Source of the DNA: Collinsella sp. | GTDB taxonomy: Bacteria; Actinomycetota; Coriobacteriia; Coriobacteriales; Coriobacteriaceae | NCBI GenBank assembly: GCA_019413955.1 | Contig: DXMX01000001.1 | Span: forward strand, 33,656-97,655 | Direction of reading: 5' to 3' | Length of the DNA stretch: 64,000 nucleotides | In this document: piece after piece, positions 50,004 through 60,150 of the stretch | Position numbering within the stretch: the stretch's first letter is position 1 | Layout: each line of letters starts with the position of its first letter | Translations under genes and position numbers: made by a program | Notes under the pieces: model-generated | The model's input: only the letters and a program-made list of their open reading frames with translations | Database searches by the model: none | What the model was told of the DNA's origin: nothing

Positions 50004-50471
50004 ATGTCTGGTAATAACGAAGCGCTGTTTACGCCTGAGTTGGTGTTTTTTGATTGGGAGTGTGCGACGCCGGATGAGGTGTTCGCGCGGCTTGAGGGCG
50101 AGCTTGCACCACATGGCTACATTGCATCCGGTTGGCTCGATGCCGTCCGCACGCGCGAGGATGCCTATCCCACGGGTCTCGCTATGCCGGCGGCAAACAT
50201 TGCCATTCCGCATACCGATCCGGGGTTTGTGGCCAAGCCCTATATCGCGGTGGTGAAGCCCGCCGCGCCCGTGACATTTAACGCTATGGCTGGCATGGGC
50301 GCTCCGGTGCCGGCGCAGATCGTCATCAATCTGGGCATCGCCGAGCCGGGCGGCCAGGTCGAGGCCCTGCAGGCACTCATGAACATCTTTATGGGCGCCG
50401 ATGCCGCAGCCGACGTGCTCGGCCAGACCACGCCCCAGGGCATGGTCGACGCCATCCGCCGCCACTTCTAA
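50004..50471 (+). CDS. Orphan PTS EIIA (fructose/galactitol-type)
   Basis: RE..YPTGL and IAIPH phospho-His motif; ATG after AAGGAGG. Confidence 0.88.
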   Translation: MSGNNEALFTPELVFFDWECATPDEVFARLEGELAPHGYIASGWLDAVRTREDAYPTGLAMPAANIAIPHTDPGFVAKPYIAVVKPAAPVTFNAMAGMGAPVPAQIVINLGIAEPGGQVEALQALMNIFMGADAAADVLGQTTPQGMVDAIRRHF

Positions 50472-50641
50472 GGTGGGGCTGAGTCGGCACTTGGGGACTG
50501 TCCCTAACTGCCGGCTGCCAGAGCTGTCCCCTTTGCACCAAAATGGTGCAGATTAATCTGTCCCCAATGCACCAAGCGTGCCGCGGGGGCTGCGTTGTGA
50601 CACAATGGCGTTTGTTCGATTCGTTATGCGAAAGGCCAACT

Positions 50642-51862
50642 ATGGCAAATAAGAAAAAGAACTCCGAGGCCGCGCCGACGCCCGAGCAGCAGGCCCGCGC
50701 TGCCTCCAGCTCTCGCAAGAAGCAGCGCAAGACGTACGTGTCTAAGACCGTCAAGATCGTTCTGGTGGTCATCGGCGTGCTGGCGATGCTGCTTTCCGTC
50801 TCGGCGATGGCGTGCTCCGGCCTTATGTCGCAGGCTGAGGACACCTCGGGCTACAAGCTGACCGGCGGTGTTGCTGCCACTATCAACGGCACCAACCTTA
50901 CCGAGGACACCGTGACCAAGCAGATCATGAGCATGCGCACGTCCTACGGCTACACCAAGGATGAGGATTGGGCGCAGTATCTGGTTGACAACGACCTCAC
51001 GCCCAAGAAGTACCGCAAGCAACTCATCGACTCCTACACGCAGCAGATTCTGCTTCAACAGGCACAGAAGGAGAACGGCGTGACGGTGTCGGACGAGGAG
51101 GTCGAGAAGGCTTGGAAGGACGCGTGCAAGAGCGCGGGCGGAGCCAAGGCCTTTAAGAAGACCCTCAAGACCTACGGCTATACCGAGGACACCTACAAGG
51201 ACTCGCTCAAGGAGAGTCTGGCGCAACAGAAACTCAAGGATGCCGTCGCGCCCACGAGCAAGCCCAAGGACAGCGAGATTGTCGATTACATCAACGAAAA
51301 TCTGTCCAGCTACAACGACGCCCGCCGCTCGTCGAACATCCTGATCAAGGTTGATTCCGACGCTTCCGACGAGGACAAGGCTGCCGCCAAGGCCAAGGCG
51401 CAGGAGTGCCTGGACAAGATCAACTCCGGTGAGCTGAGCTTTGAGGACGCCGTTGAGCAGTACTCCGAGGACACCGGTTCCAAGGAGAAGAAGGGCGATG
51501 TGGGCTGGGATAAGCTCACCACCTTTGTCGACAGCTACCAGACGGCGCTCGAGGGACTCAACAAGGGCGACGTGAGCGAAGTCGTCGAGTCGACCTATGG
51601 CTACCACATCATCAAGTGCACCGACTACTTCCATGTCGATAATCAGGTTGATGACATCAACCAGGTGCCCAAGGACATCAAAAAGTACGTCTCCAACGTG
51701 GTGAAGACGCAAGCGGCCAGCACCGCGTACAGCGAGTGGCTGGAGCAGTACAAGAAGGATGCCGACATCACCGTCAACCCCATGCCCAAAGACGTACCCT
51801 ATAACGTGAGTCTGAAGGGTGTCACCAAGAGTTCGACCGACGATTCGTCGACGACTGAGTAA
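50642..51862 (+). CDS. PrsA/SurA-like peptidyl-prolyl isomerase foldase
   Basis: TM anchor, SurA_N-like region, parvulin motifs YSED.GS...GD.GW and YGYHII. Confidence 0.85.
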   Translation: MANKKKNSEAAPTPEQQARAASSSRKKQRKTYVSKTVKIVLVVIGVLAMLLSVSAMACSGLMSQAEDTSGYKLTGGVAATINGTNLTEDTVTKQIMSMRTSYGYTKDEDWAQYLVDNDLTPKKYRKQLIDSYTQQILLQQAQKENGVTVSDEEVEKAWKDACKSAGGAKAFKKTLKTYGYTEDTYKDSLKESLAQQKLKDAVAPTSKPKDSEIVDYINENLSSYNDARRSSNILIKVDSDASDEDKAAAKAKAQECLDKINSGELSFEDAVEQYSEDTGSKEKKGDVGWDKLTTFVDSYQTALEGLNKGDVSEVVESTYGYHIIKCTDYFHVDNQVDDINQVPKDIKKYVSNVVKTQAASTAYSEWLEQYKKDADITVNPMPKDVPYNVSLKGVTKSSTDDSSTTE

Positions 51863-51916
51863 TCATGGGGCGGTGCTCGCGCGAGTGCCGCCCACACTAT
51901 TGAGGAGGATTTGCAG

Positions 51917-52360
51917 ATGACCAACGAAGAGCTGCAGAAGGAAATGATTGCGGCCATGAAGGCCAAGGACAAGGTTCGCCTGTCCATCATTCGCCAGGTT
52001 AAGGCCGAGGTGAAGAATATCGAGGTCAATGAGCGCCGCGATGTGACCGAGGAAGACGTCAACAGCATGATCAAGCGTCTGATCAAGCAGACGAGCGAGA
52101 CGCTGGAGATGTCCATCAAGGCCGGCACCGACCAGGAGCGTACCGACAACCTGACCGAGCAGGTCAAGATTCTGGAGAGCCTGCTGCCCGCGCAGGTTTC
52201 GGGCGAGGAGCTCGAGGCCCTGATCGAGCAGGTTATCGCCGAGCTGGGCGCCACGTCCAAGAAGCAGATGGGCCAGGTTATGGGCGCACTCGGCAAGGCC
52301 ACCGGTGGCAACTTCGATAAGCCGGCCGCGGCAAAGATCGTCGGAGCCAAACTCGCGTAG
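51917..52360 (+). CDS. GatB/YqeY domain protein
   Basis: AMKAKDK.RL..IR, LP.Q, K.MGQVMG. Confidence 0.9.
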   Translation: MTNEELQKEMIAAMKAKDKVRLSIIRQVKAEVKNIEVNERRDVTEEDVNSMIKRLIKQTSETLEMSIKAGTDQERTDNLTEQVKILESLLPAQVSGEELEALIEQVIAELGATSKKQMGQVMGALGKATGGNFDKPAAAKIVGAKLA

Positions 52361-52430
52361 GGGCCGAGCGGTACATAGTTGATGTTTAGGGGGGCGTGGC
52401 CGTCATGGTCGCGCCCCTTTTTGCTGGGCT

Positions 52431-52541
52431 GGGCACTCATTGGGGACAGGCTTAAATGAGTGCCCGGGCTACGCTCATTGGGGACGGGCTTAAATGAGTG
52501 CCCAATGAGCAGGTACTCATTTAAGTCTGTCCCCAATGAGT
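52431..52541. repeat. Cluster of three GGGGACRG-loop hairpin repeats (two direct, one inverted)
   Basis: CTCATTGGGGACAGGCTTAAATGAG, CTCATTGGGGACGGGCTTAAATGAG, CTCATTTAAGTCTGTCCCCAATGAG. Confidence 0.85.
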
Positions 52542-52646
52542 GGGTGGAAGATTGCGGGTTCTTTACGGGGATGTAGTGTGGGCTGCGGAAACGTGGTTCT
52601 TTCCGTACAATAGTTCAACTCGTGTAAACGCAGGGAAGGGACATCC

Positions 52647-53378
52647 ATGGCAGACATGATCGAGATCAAGCATCTCAACAAGTACTTTGGCGACCTGCAT
52701 GTGCTCAAAGATATCAACCTCACCGTCAAGCGCGGCGAGAAGCTCGTAATGATCGGGCCTTCCGGTTCGGGTAAGTCGACACTCATCCGTTGCGTCGATT
52801 ATCTGGAGGAGCCCACGTCGGGCGAAGTCATCATCGACGGAACGCCGCTCACCAAAAAGAATCACCTGGAGATGGCTCGCAAGTATAGTTCCATGGTGTT
52901 CCAGCAGTTCAACCTGTATCCCAACATGACGGTGCTGGGCAACCTGACACTCGCGCCCATCAAGCTGCAAAAGAAGAGCAAGGAGGAGGCGACCGAGATC
53001 GCCATCGCCGCACTCAAGCGCGTCGGCATGGCGCATAAGGCCGGCGAGTATCCGCAGAATCTCTCGGGTGGTCAGCAGCAGCGCATCGCCATCGCCCGCG
53101 CCCTGTGTACCAAGCAGCCCATCATCCTGTTTGACGAGCCGACTTCGGCGCTCGATCCCGAGATGGTCCAGGAGGTTCTGGACGTTATGATTGAGCTCGC
53201 GCAGGAGGACATCACCATGATCTGCGTGACGCACGAGATGGGCTTTGCGCGCCAGGTGGCCGACCGCGTCATCTTTATGGAGGACGGCCGCATCCTGGAG
53301 GAGGGCACGCCCGAGCACTTCTTCGATAACCCCGAGAACCCGCGCTGCCGCGAGTTCCTGTCCAAGATTCTGCACTAG
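52647..53378 (+). CDS. Polar amino acid ABC transporter ATP-binding protein
   Basis: [35 protein letters not shown]. Confidence 0.95.
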   Translation: MADMIEIKHLNKYFGDLHVLKDINLTVKRGEKLVMIGPSGSGKSTLIRCVDYLEEPTSGEVIIDGTPLTKKNHLEMARKYSSMVFQQFNLYPNMTVLGNLTLAPIKLQKKSKEEATEIAIAALKRVGMAHKAGEYPQNLSGGQQQRIAIARALCTKQPIILFDEPTSALDPEMVQEVLDVMIELAQEDITMICVTHEMGFARQVADRVIFMEDGRILEEGTPEHFFDNPENPRCREFLSKILH

Positions 53379-53386
53379 GCGCGGTG

Positions 53387-54262
53387 ATGGACATGACGGA
53401 TATGACGAGGGCGGCTGTATCGCGCCGTCACTTTTTGCAGCTGGCTGGCGCCGGCATGCTTGCGCTGACGGGGACCGCGCTTGCCGGTTGCGGCAACTCC
53501 ACCAGCGGCGAGGGTTCCGACAAGGGATCCAAGCTTGCGGCCATTAAGTCGCGTGGCCATCTGAATGCCGGCGTTAAGAAAGACGTTCCCGGCTACGGCT
53601 ATTACGACACCGCCAAGGGTCGCTTTGAGGGCATGGAAGTCGATTTGTGCTACCAGATCGCCGCTGCCGTCTTTGGCGTGAGCTACAAGGAGGCCCGCGC
53701 CCAGGAGCTTGTCGAGTTTACCGACGTAACGCCCAAGACGCGCGGCCCGCTGATCGATAACGGCCAACTCGACGTGGTCGCGGCGACCTACACCATCACC
53801 GACGAGCGCAAGAAGAGCTGGGATTTCTCGACGCCGTACCGCACCGACTACGTGGGACTCATGGTCAAGAAGCGTTCGGGCTTTACCTCGATTGAGAACT
53901 TGGACGGCAAGGTCATTGGTGTGAGCCAGGGTGCCACCACGCAGGGCCTGATCGAGCAGATGATCAAGGACAACGGCTTTAGCTGCAAGCCCGAGTTTAG
54001 GGCCTTTAGCGGCTACCCCATCATCAAGAGCTCGCTCGACGCCGGCAATATCGACGTCTTTGCCATGGATCGCTCCACGCTGGCCGGTTACATGAACGAG
54101 ACCGTTGAGCTGCTGCAGCCCGAGGTCAAGTTTGGCGAGCAGGGCTACGGCGTGGCGACCAAGAAGGGCTGCGACCTTTCGGCCGTGGTCGATCAGGTGA
54201 TTTGCGATCGCCTGGCCGATGGCTGGCTCGACCAAGAGGTCAAGACCTGGGGCCTTGTATAG
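53387..54262 (+). CDS. Polar amino acid ABC transporter substrate-binding lipoprotein (PEB1/Glu-Asp-like)
   Basis: Twin-arginine SRRHFL plus lipobox LAGC; GVKKDVP, TYTITDERK. Confidence 0.9.
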   Translation: MDMTDMTRAAVSRRHFLQLAGAGMLALTGTALAGCGNSTSGEGSDKGSKLAAIKSRGHLNAGVKKDVPGYGYYDTAKGRFEGMEVDLCYQIAAAVFGVSYKEARAQELVEFTDVTPKTRGPLIDNGQLDVVAATYTITDERKKSWDFSTPYRTDYVGLMVKKRSGFTSIENLDGKVIGVSQGATTQGLIEQMIKDNGFSCKPEFRAFSGYPIIKSSLDAGNIDVFAMDRSTLAGYMNETVELLQPEVKFGEQGYGVATKKGCDLSAVVDQVICDRLADGWLDQEVKTWGLV

Positions 54263-54287
54263 GCGCATCGTCCAAGGAAGGAATCAA

Positions 54288-55034
54288 ATGCTCGAAGGAT
54301 TATTTGACGCCGACCGTTGGTCGACGACATTTCAAAGCATGGGGCCCTTCTGGGAGGGCTTTGGTGTGACGCTACAGGTGGTCGTTGCCGGTCTGCTGCT
54401 GTCGCTGGTACTGGGCACGCTGCTGGGTGTGTTCTCTACCACCCGTTCGCGCGTGCTGCGCGCCATAAGCCGCGTGTACGTGGAGTTTTACCAGAACACC
54501 CCGTTGCCCGTGCAGGTGCTCTTTATGTACATGGCTGGTCCGCAGTTTTTGCAGGCCATAACCGGTGCCGACCAGCCGGTGCGCATCGCGCCGTTCGTGC
54601 TGGGCTTCTTGGGCGTGGGCCTGTATCACGCGGCCTACATCTCGGAGGTCATCCGCACCGGTATCGAGGCGGTTCCGCGCGGTCAGATGGAGGCGGCGCA
54701 GAGCCAGGGCTTCACCCGTGCGCAGGCATACTGGTACATCGTGCTGCCCCAGACGTTCAAGATCATTCTGCCGCCGCTGTGTAACCAGGCACTCAACCTA
54801 GTCAAGAACACGTCGGTGCTGGCGCTTGTGGCCGGCGGCGACCTTATGTACCGTTCAGACAACTTTGTGAGCCTGTACGGTTACCTGCAGGGATACATCG
54901 TCTGCTGCCTTATGTACTTCATCATCTGCTTTCCGCTCGCCATGCTGGTGCAGTGGCTCGAGCGCCGCTCCAAGGAGCGTCCGCGCGGCGTGAGCCTCGC
55001 CGAGCTGGGGCTCGACAACGTAGAGGAGGCCTAG
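54288..55034 (+). CDS. Amino acid ABC transporter permease
   Basis: YVE.YQNTP, EVIRTGI..VPRGQ.EAA, LVKNTS. Confidence 0.93.
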   Translation: MLEGLFDADRWSTTFQSMGPFWEGFGVTLQVVVAGLLLSLVLGTLLGVFSTTRSRVLRAISRVYVEFYQNTPLPVQVLFMYMAGPQFLQAITGADQPVRIAPFVLGFLGVGLYHAAYISEVIRTGIEAVPRGQMEAAQSQGFTRAQAYWYIVLPQTFKIILPPLCNQALNLVKNTSVLALVAGGDLMYRSDNFVSLYGYLQGYIVCCLMYFIICFPLAMLVQWLERRSKERPRGVSLAELGLDNVEEA

Positions 55035-55037
55035 CGC

Positions 55038-55676
55038 ATGGAAATCTTCAACGCGACCAACCTGCTCTACATTTGGGGCGGCTTTGTTAAGACGATCGAG
55101 ATCTCGGCGCTGTCGATCTTTTTCTCGCTCATGTTTGGCACGGTGCTGGCGCTCGTTAAGAGCTATGCGCCCCGCCCATTCCGTATTTTGGTGAGCGCCT
55201 ATATCGAGCTGTTCCGCTGCACGCCGAACCTGCTGTGGATCCTGTTTATCTACTTTACGGTGCAGGGTTTGGACATTGTGATTTCGACCATCGCCTTTAC
55301 GCTGTTTACCAGCGCCGTTATGGCCGAGATTGTGCGCGGCGGTCTCAACTCGATTCCGCGCGGCCAGTTTGAGGCAGCGCAGAGCCAGGGTTTTGGCTTC
55401 TTTGCCACCATGCGCTACATCATTCTGCCGCAGACGTTTAAGACGATCATTCCGGCGCTGTTTAGCCAGTGCACGACCGTCATCAAGGACAGCTCGTATC
55501 TTTCGGGTATTAACGTGGCCGAGCTCATGTACACGGCAAACGTCGTGATGGCCCATGCGATCGACCTGTCGCAGGTGCTTATGCTCTACGGCCTGGTGTT
55601 TGCGATGTACTTTGTGCTCAACTTTGGTATCTCGCTGCTGGTGAGGGCGTATCAACGCCGTATTGTGGCCGCATAG
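55038..55676 (+). CDS. Amino acid ABC transporter permease
   Basis: YIELFR.TP, AEIVRGGL.SIPRGQ.EAA, IKDSS. Confidence 0.93.
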   Translation: MEIFNATNLLYIWGGFVKTIEISALSIFFSLMFGTVLALVKSYAPRPFRILVSAYIELFRCTPNLLWILFIYFTVQGLDIVISTIAFTLFTSAVMAEIVRGGLNSIPRGQFEAAQSQGFGFFATMRYIILPQTFKTIIPALFSQCTTVIKDSSYLSGINVAELMYTANVVMAHAIDLSQVLMLYGLVFAMYFVLNFGISLLVRAYQRRIVAA

Positions 55677-55783
55677 TCCTGCTTCCCCAAGCACGGCACC
55701 TTGCCCCTCAATCGTCGCTTGCGTACATTTAGTACGCGGCGCTCCTCTTTCGGGGCAATCTGCCGCACTTGGGAAACCGGGAC
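55676..55783. repeat. 108-bp imperfect palindrome with central GCGTAC-ATTTA-GTACGC hairpin
   Basis: 32-bp outer arms matching at 25/32 positions. Confidence 0.75.
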
Positions 55784-55847
55784 GGTCGTAAGTGACAAAA
55801 TGGGAATCAGGAATCGCCTATTTCTCATTTGTTAGAAAGGAATCGCG

Positions 55848-56471
55848 ATGAGCGATCTGGAGAATAAGAAGAATCCTGTGGTCATTACCATCGCGCGCGA
55901 CTTTGGCGCCGAGGGCCACGAGATTGGTCGCATGCTTGCCGACGAGTTGGGGATTCCGCTGTACGATAACGAGCTGCTGGTACGTGCGTCGCTGCGCGCG
56001 GGCGAGTCACTCGACAAGATGGCCGCTTACGACGAACGCCTGGCCGTGGAGAACATGGCGTTTCTGCCCGACCGCTACGATGCGCGTTCGTACTCGGACA
56101 AGTTGTTCCAAAAGATGAGCCAGGTGATCTTGGACCTGGGCGAGACCGAGAGCTGCATTATCGAGGGTCGTCTGTCCGATTATCTGCTGCGCAACAATCC
56201 CAACCACATCGCCGTGCTGGTGACCGCTCCTTTTGAGGACCGCGTCGAGATCGTGCGCAAGAAGCGTGGCCTCAACAAAAAGAAGGGCGCCAAGCTGGTC
56301 AAGCAGCAGCAGAAGGCACGCGAGGCATTTTACAAGCGCTACAGCGCCGGCAAGTGGAAGATGACGAGCGGTAAAGACATCGTCGTCAACCGCGCCAAGC
56401 TGGGCCGCGAAGGCTGCAAAGACGTTATCGCCGCTGCCTACCGCTACAAAGTCGCCCAGCTCGAAGGCTAG
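55848..56471 (+). CDS. Cytidylate kinase-like family protein
   Basis: VITIARDFGAEG..IG..LA..LG...YD, CIIEGR. Confidence 0.85.
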   Translation: MSDLENKKNPVVITIARDFGAEGHEIGRMLADELGIPLYDNELLVRASLRAGESLDKMAAYDERLAVENMAFLPDRYDARSYSDKLFQKMSQVILDLGETESCIIEGRLSDYLLRNNPNHIAVLVTAPFEDRVEIVRKKRGLNKKKGAKLVKQQQKAREAFYKRYSAGKWKMTSGKDIVVNRAKLGREGCKDVIAAAYRYKVAQLEG

Positions 56472-56477
56472 CCGACC

Positions 56478-56516
56478 AAACCCCCACAAAGGGGACAGGC
56501 ACCTTTGTGGGGGTTT
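56478..56516. repeat. GGGGACAG-loop hairpin repeat (related copies at 10724, 46281, 50544, 58089, 60310)
   Basis: AAACCCCCACAAAGG-GGACAGGCA-CCTTTGTGGGGGTTT. Confidence 0.8.
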
Positions 56517-56520
56517 TGTT

Positions 56521-57923
56521 TTAGGCCGAGGGAAAGGCCTTGGTGAGACCGGCGCGCGTCTGCGTGTCGGTCTTTTGGTAGATAGAGCTCAGGTGGCGCT
56601 GCACCATACGCATCGAGATGCCGAGCTCCTCGGCGATCTGCTTGAGCGGGCGTTCGTCTTGGGTTACAGCCATGAGCACGTCGACTTCGCGCGGGGTGAG
56701 AGCGTGATCGGTGATGAAGACCTGACGCTGCTCCTCGATACTCGGTGCTGCCAGCGCCTCCTCGGCAAGCTGTTGATGTTCGCGCTCCTGCTCGGTTTGG
56801 GGCAGGCGGAATAGGCCCGCGGCAACGAATGCTGCGCAGGCGGCGACGAGAAGCACGACCGCGCCAATCATGATGAGGGCGACGTTGCCAGAGGTCACAA
56901 GCACAAGCGAGACGCCCGACGTGGTGAACGCACACACGTTATTGGCCGCACGGCCCATGCCGGCCCAAAGAGCGGGCGCGTGCATACGCGGTGCCAGCTG
57001 TGTAAAGGTGGCGGTAAAGAACGTGACAAAAAAGCCCGAGCTCAGGTAAAAGACGACAAGGCCCAGGTTGGGATCAGCGCCGGCCTCCACGGCCAGGATG
57101 GAAATGGTCGAGAGTACGGCGATGCCGAGCATGACAAGTCCCATGTAGCGACGCTCGGCAAGATCAAAGACGATGCCGGCGGCCAGGCCGCTCGCTGCCA
57201 AAAAGAGGCGCGGCCAGGTCTGCACGGCGATGGTGCCGTGGGCGTTGGAGAACGTGACCACGTTATCAAGAGTAGAGAACAGGCAGGCGAGAATCATGAC
57301 GAGCACGATGCTCCAACATGCCTGCTTGGCGAGGGCGTGCGATGGCTCAACAAGGGGATTGATGGTGGGGCTGGAGCTCTCAGCAGCCTTTTGGGGAACG
57401 ACACTGAGGGCGGAGATGGCGATAGTCGCTGCGCCAAGGACGATGAGCTCTGCGATACCGCCGCAATTGAGCAGGTTGATGGCGAACTGCATCAGGATGC
57501 CCGCGGCATAGGCTGCTCCCGCACCGGTGGCGAGCTTGGGATCGTCTTGGAATGTCGTTGCGAAGGCATGGTGCGTCGCGCCGCCCAGTAGGCCGAGTCC
57601 GAGGAATGCGAGGCATCCCAGAATCTCGAGCGCAAGCGGGTTCGTGGGGGACTGAATCTGAGTCAACCCCAAGATGGCGATGGGGACGGCGGCGCTGACG
57701 ACTGCCTGAGGCCGGCCTTTGCGCTGTGCGAGCCCGAGCAACGGCGCATATCCGATAAAGCCGAGCACGCTCGACCTAGAATAAAGCCCTGCGCGATTAC
57801 AACGCGTTCGGCACCGGCGAGCAGCCCGACGTTGACGTCGAAGCGAAACTCGGCGGCAAGGAAGGCGAAGGTGAAGAGCGCAAGTGCCAGAAGCGCGTTG
57901 ATTTTAGGCTTACTCAGGTTCAA
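56521..57923 (-). pseudogene. Multi-transmembrane LuxR-family regulator with a 1-nt frameshift near 57773
   Basis: Two overlapping ORFs (57663-57923, 56521-57768); inserting one base restores QGFILG[A]SVLGF; C-terminal LTPREVDVL...KQIAEELGIS.R.V..H...IYQK HTH. Confidence 0.82.
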
Positions 57924-58015
57924 GAACGGTCCTTTGGGTGGACGAATAATCGTGTCCTCGATTGTAGCGTTCCCGGGACGAGTGTGGCGATGGCGAAATC
58001 ATATTGAATTAAACC

Positions 58016-58053
58016 GCAGGTAGAGGCCTAGGTTCACATCTACAAACCTAGGC
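58016..58053 (+). promoter_or_regulatory. Operator-like motif upstream of surface protein 1
   Basis: GCAGGTAGA-N4-TAGGTT-N10-AACCTA; same layout at 60350-60384. Confidence 0.65.
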
Positions 58054-58149
58054 ATACGGAGTCATTTGGCACATCTTGGTGGTACAGGACCACCACAAAG
58101 GGGACAGACACCTTTGTGGTGGTATGTCCCTACGACCAAGGAGGCCGTT

Positions 58150-60114
58150 ATGAACGCAAGTCACTTTGACAAGCAAACTCAACGTGAGTCCACCTGCTTG
58201 CTGGTTCACGGTACCTGGCGTTGTGTGGGTGCCAAAATAGCTTGCGCCGGCGCGTGTGCGCTTATGGTTGGCCAGCTTCTGCTGCCGAGCGTGGCGCTGG
58301 CGACGGAATGCGCCGATTCCGCCGCTGGGACGGATGAGGTTGCCGCGGCTCCGGTGACGCCGACGGTTGCGGAGGATACGGCTGCAACGACCGCACCAGC
58401 TGCTTCGACCGCGCCTGCAACCGATGCTGCTCCGGCGGCGCAAGCCACCGCTGAGCCTCAGCAGACGGCCCCGACTGGCGCCACCGATGAATCCAACGAT
58501 GCGGCACCCGCTGAACAAAATACTCCCAGCGACAACGCCGCCACGCCGGCGAATGACGCCATCATGCCCTGCGGTGTGACCGATGTTGTTGGCGGCAGCG
58601 GCGTTAGGGTCAATACGACCGTGGTTCCCCGCTACACGGACTGCGCGCTTCCGAGCAATGTCACACTCGAAAAGGGCCAGTCGTATACCTATGATTTTCC
58701 CGATGTTGAGGGTGGCATTCCAGAAGCGCTTGAGAGCGAAGTCGTCGAGGTTAAGTGCTACAGGGCCGATGCTGCTTCGGGCACCCTTGTCGAAGTTCTG
58801 GATGCATCCATGGCCGACGTGACGGCTCACTTTGAGCCTGTTGGCGATCACATGAGGCTGACGCTGACCTTTACGGGTGGCGCGGCAGGCGGCTCGTATC
58901 GACTCACGCGCAATGAGGCTCTCTATATTGGCTCGGCACTGGAGTATACCGGAACTGACTATGAAGGCAGCTCGACTATCGTCAACGAAACCAGGTACGA
59001 TTATTACCTCCGCTACGTCATCAATAGCGAAATTACGCTTGTTGCATCGGAAAACGAAGCCCTCCATAACCTGAACGTCAACGACGTGAAGACCGACTAC
59101 GCGCCCGGCGAGGCGCCGCGCGCGACCGCGACGATTCCTGCCGCCGATGCCGACAAGTACGAGATCGCCTACGAGTGCTGGGAAGAGATGGAGCTCGATA
59201 TGGAATCCGGGGAGTCGGTACCCGTTGCCTTCTGGTATTCCGACCCCGCAAAGTACACGCCGGGCATGAAGAAGATTGACCACTTCGAAGAGGGCAAGTT
59301 CTACATGTACTCCGTTGAGCTGAGGCTCAAGGGCGACAATACCGTGGGCAATGACTGCATGATGTACGTCAACGGCCATTGGACGCACCACATCAAGACC
59401 GTCAACGGCGTCTTCGCGCCAAACGCTGACAATATGCTGTGCGAGCAGCCGATCGACGAATGGCGGGCCATCGACGTTATCGAGATCAACGGCGCCACGA
59501 CCACCTTCAAGGCGGGCGATAAGCCGGTCTTTACGGCGAGTGTTCCGATGGGTTCCAACTCCCTTCCTCAGTGTGAGTTCTGGACGGGTAGCGACGGCAG
59601 CGAAGTGAACTCTCAGAAGTTCTGGGATCAGAACATCACGAATCACATCGACGTCTTTAAGCCCGGCGTGACCTACCGCTACGGTATCTACCTCAAGTCC
59701 GCGCGCGGCTTCTACTTTACGCCCGACACCAAGCTGGTGATCAACGGCCAGGAGTGCGGCTACCAGGTCGCGGATAGCGTATCCGATGAGGACAGCGGCT
59801 GGATCTACACCCTGTGGCTCAACACCGATTTGACCTTTACGCCCGAGGCCACGCCGACTCCCGATCCGCAGCCTACGCCGGATCCCAAGCCGACACCGCA
59901 GCCTGAGGTTAAGCCTGAGACTAAGCCCGCGGCCAAGTCGGCTACGACAACCGCTACGACCAAGACGGTTGAGAAAACCACGCAGGCCAAGAAGAGCGAT
60001 GCTGTCCTGGCTACCACGGGGGATACCACCGCGATGACGGTCGCCGCCCTAGGCATCGCCGGCGCAACCGTAGCCGCCGCCGGCCTCGCCGCGACCAAGC
60101 GCCGCAAGCGTTAG
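58150..60114 (+). CDS. Sortase-anchored cell-surface protein with two related beta-rich domains
   Basis: Signal peptide, Ala/Thr/Pro-rich region, Pro-rich linker, LATTGD plus TM plus KRRKR; ATG after AAGGAGG. Confidence 0.85.
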   Translation: MNASHFDKQTQRESTCLLVHGTWRCVGAKIACAGACALMVGQLLLPSVALATECADSAAGTDEVAAAPVTPTVAEDTAATTAPAASTAPATDAAPAAQATAEPQQTAPTGATDESNDAAPAEQNTPSDNAATPANDAIMPCGVTDVVGGSGVRVNTTVVPRYTDCALPSNVTLEKGQSYTYDFPDVEGGIPEALESEVVEVKCYRADAASGTLVEVLDASMADVTAHFEPVGDHMRLTLTFTGGAAGGSYRLTRNEALYIGSALEYTGTDYEGSSTIVNETRYDYYLRYVINSEITLVASENEALHNLNVNDVKTDYAPGEAPRATATIPAADADKYEIAYECWEEMELDMESGESVPVAFWYSDPAKYTPGMKKIDHFEEGKFYMYSVELRLKGDNTVGNDCMMYVNGHWTHHIKTVNGVFAPNADNMLCEQPIDEWRAIDVIEINGATTTFKAGDKPVFTASVPMGSNSLPQCEFWTGSDGSEVNSQKFWDQNITNHIDVFKPGVTYRYGIYLKSARGFYFTPDTKLVINGQECGYQVADSVSDEDSGWIYTLWLNTDLTFTPEATPTPDPQPTPDPKPTPQPEVKPETKPAAKSATTTATTKTVEKTTQAKKSDAVLATTGDTTAMTVAALGIAGATVAAAGLAATKRRKR

Positions 60115-60150
60115 GTTTTGGTGCTGGCGCCTATCCTCGGCCTCAGCAAA

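Noticed and set aside
51320..51345. Parvulin first His replaced by Asn (SSNILI) in the PrsA-like protein
   Set aside because: Degenerate PPIase sites are common in PrsA/SurA foldases; not distinctive.
52431..52541. Possible mini-CRISPR array
   Set aside because: Only three units, one inverted, spacers far too short and no cas genes; it belongs to the GGGGACAG hairpin family.
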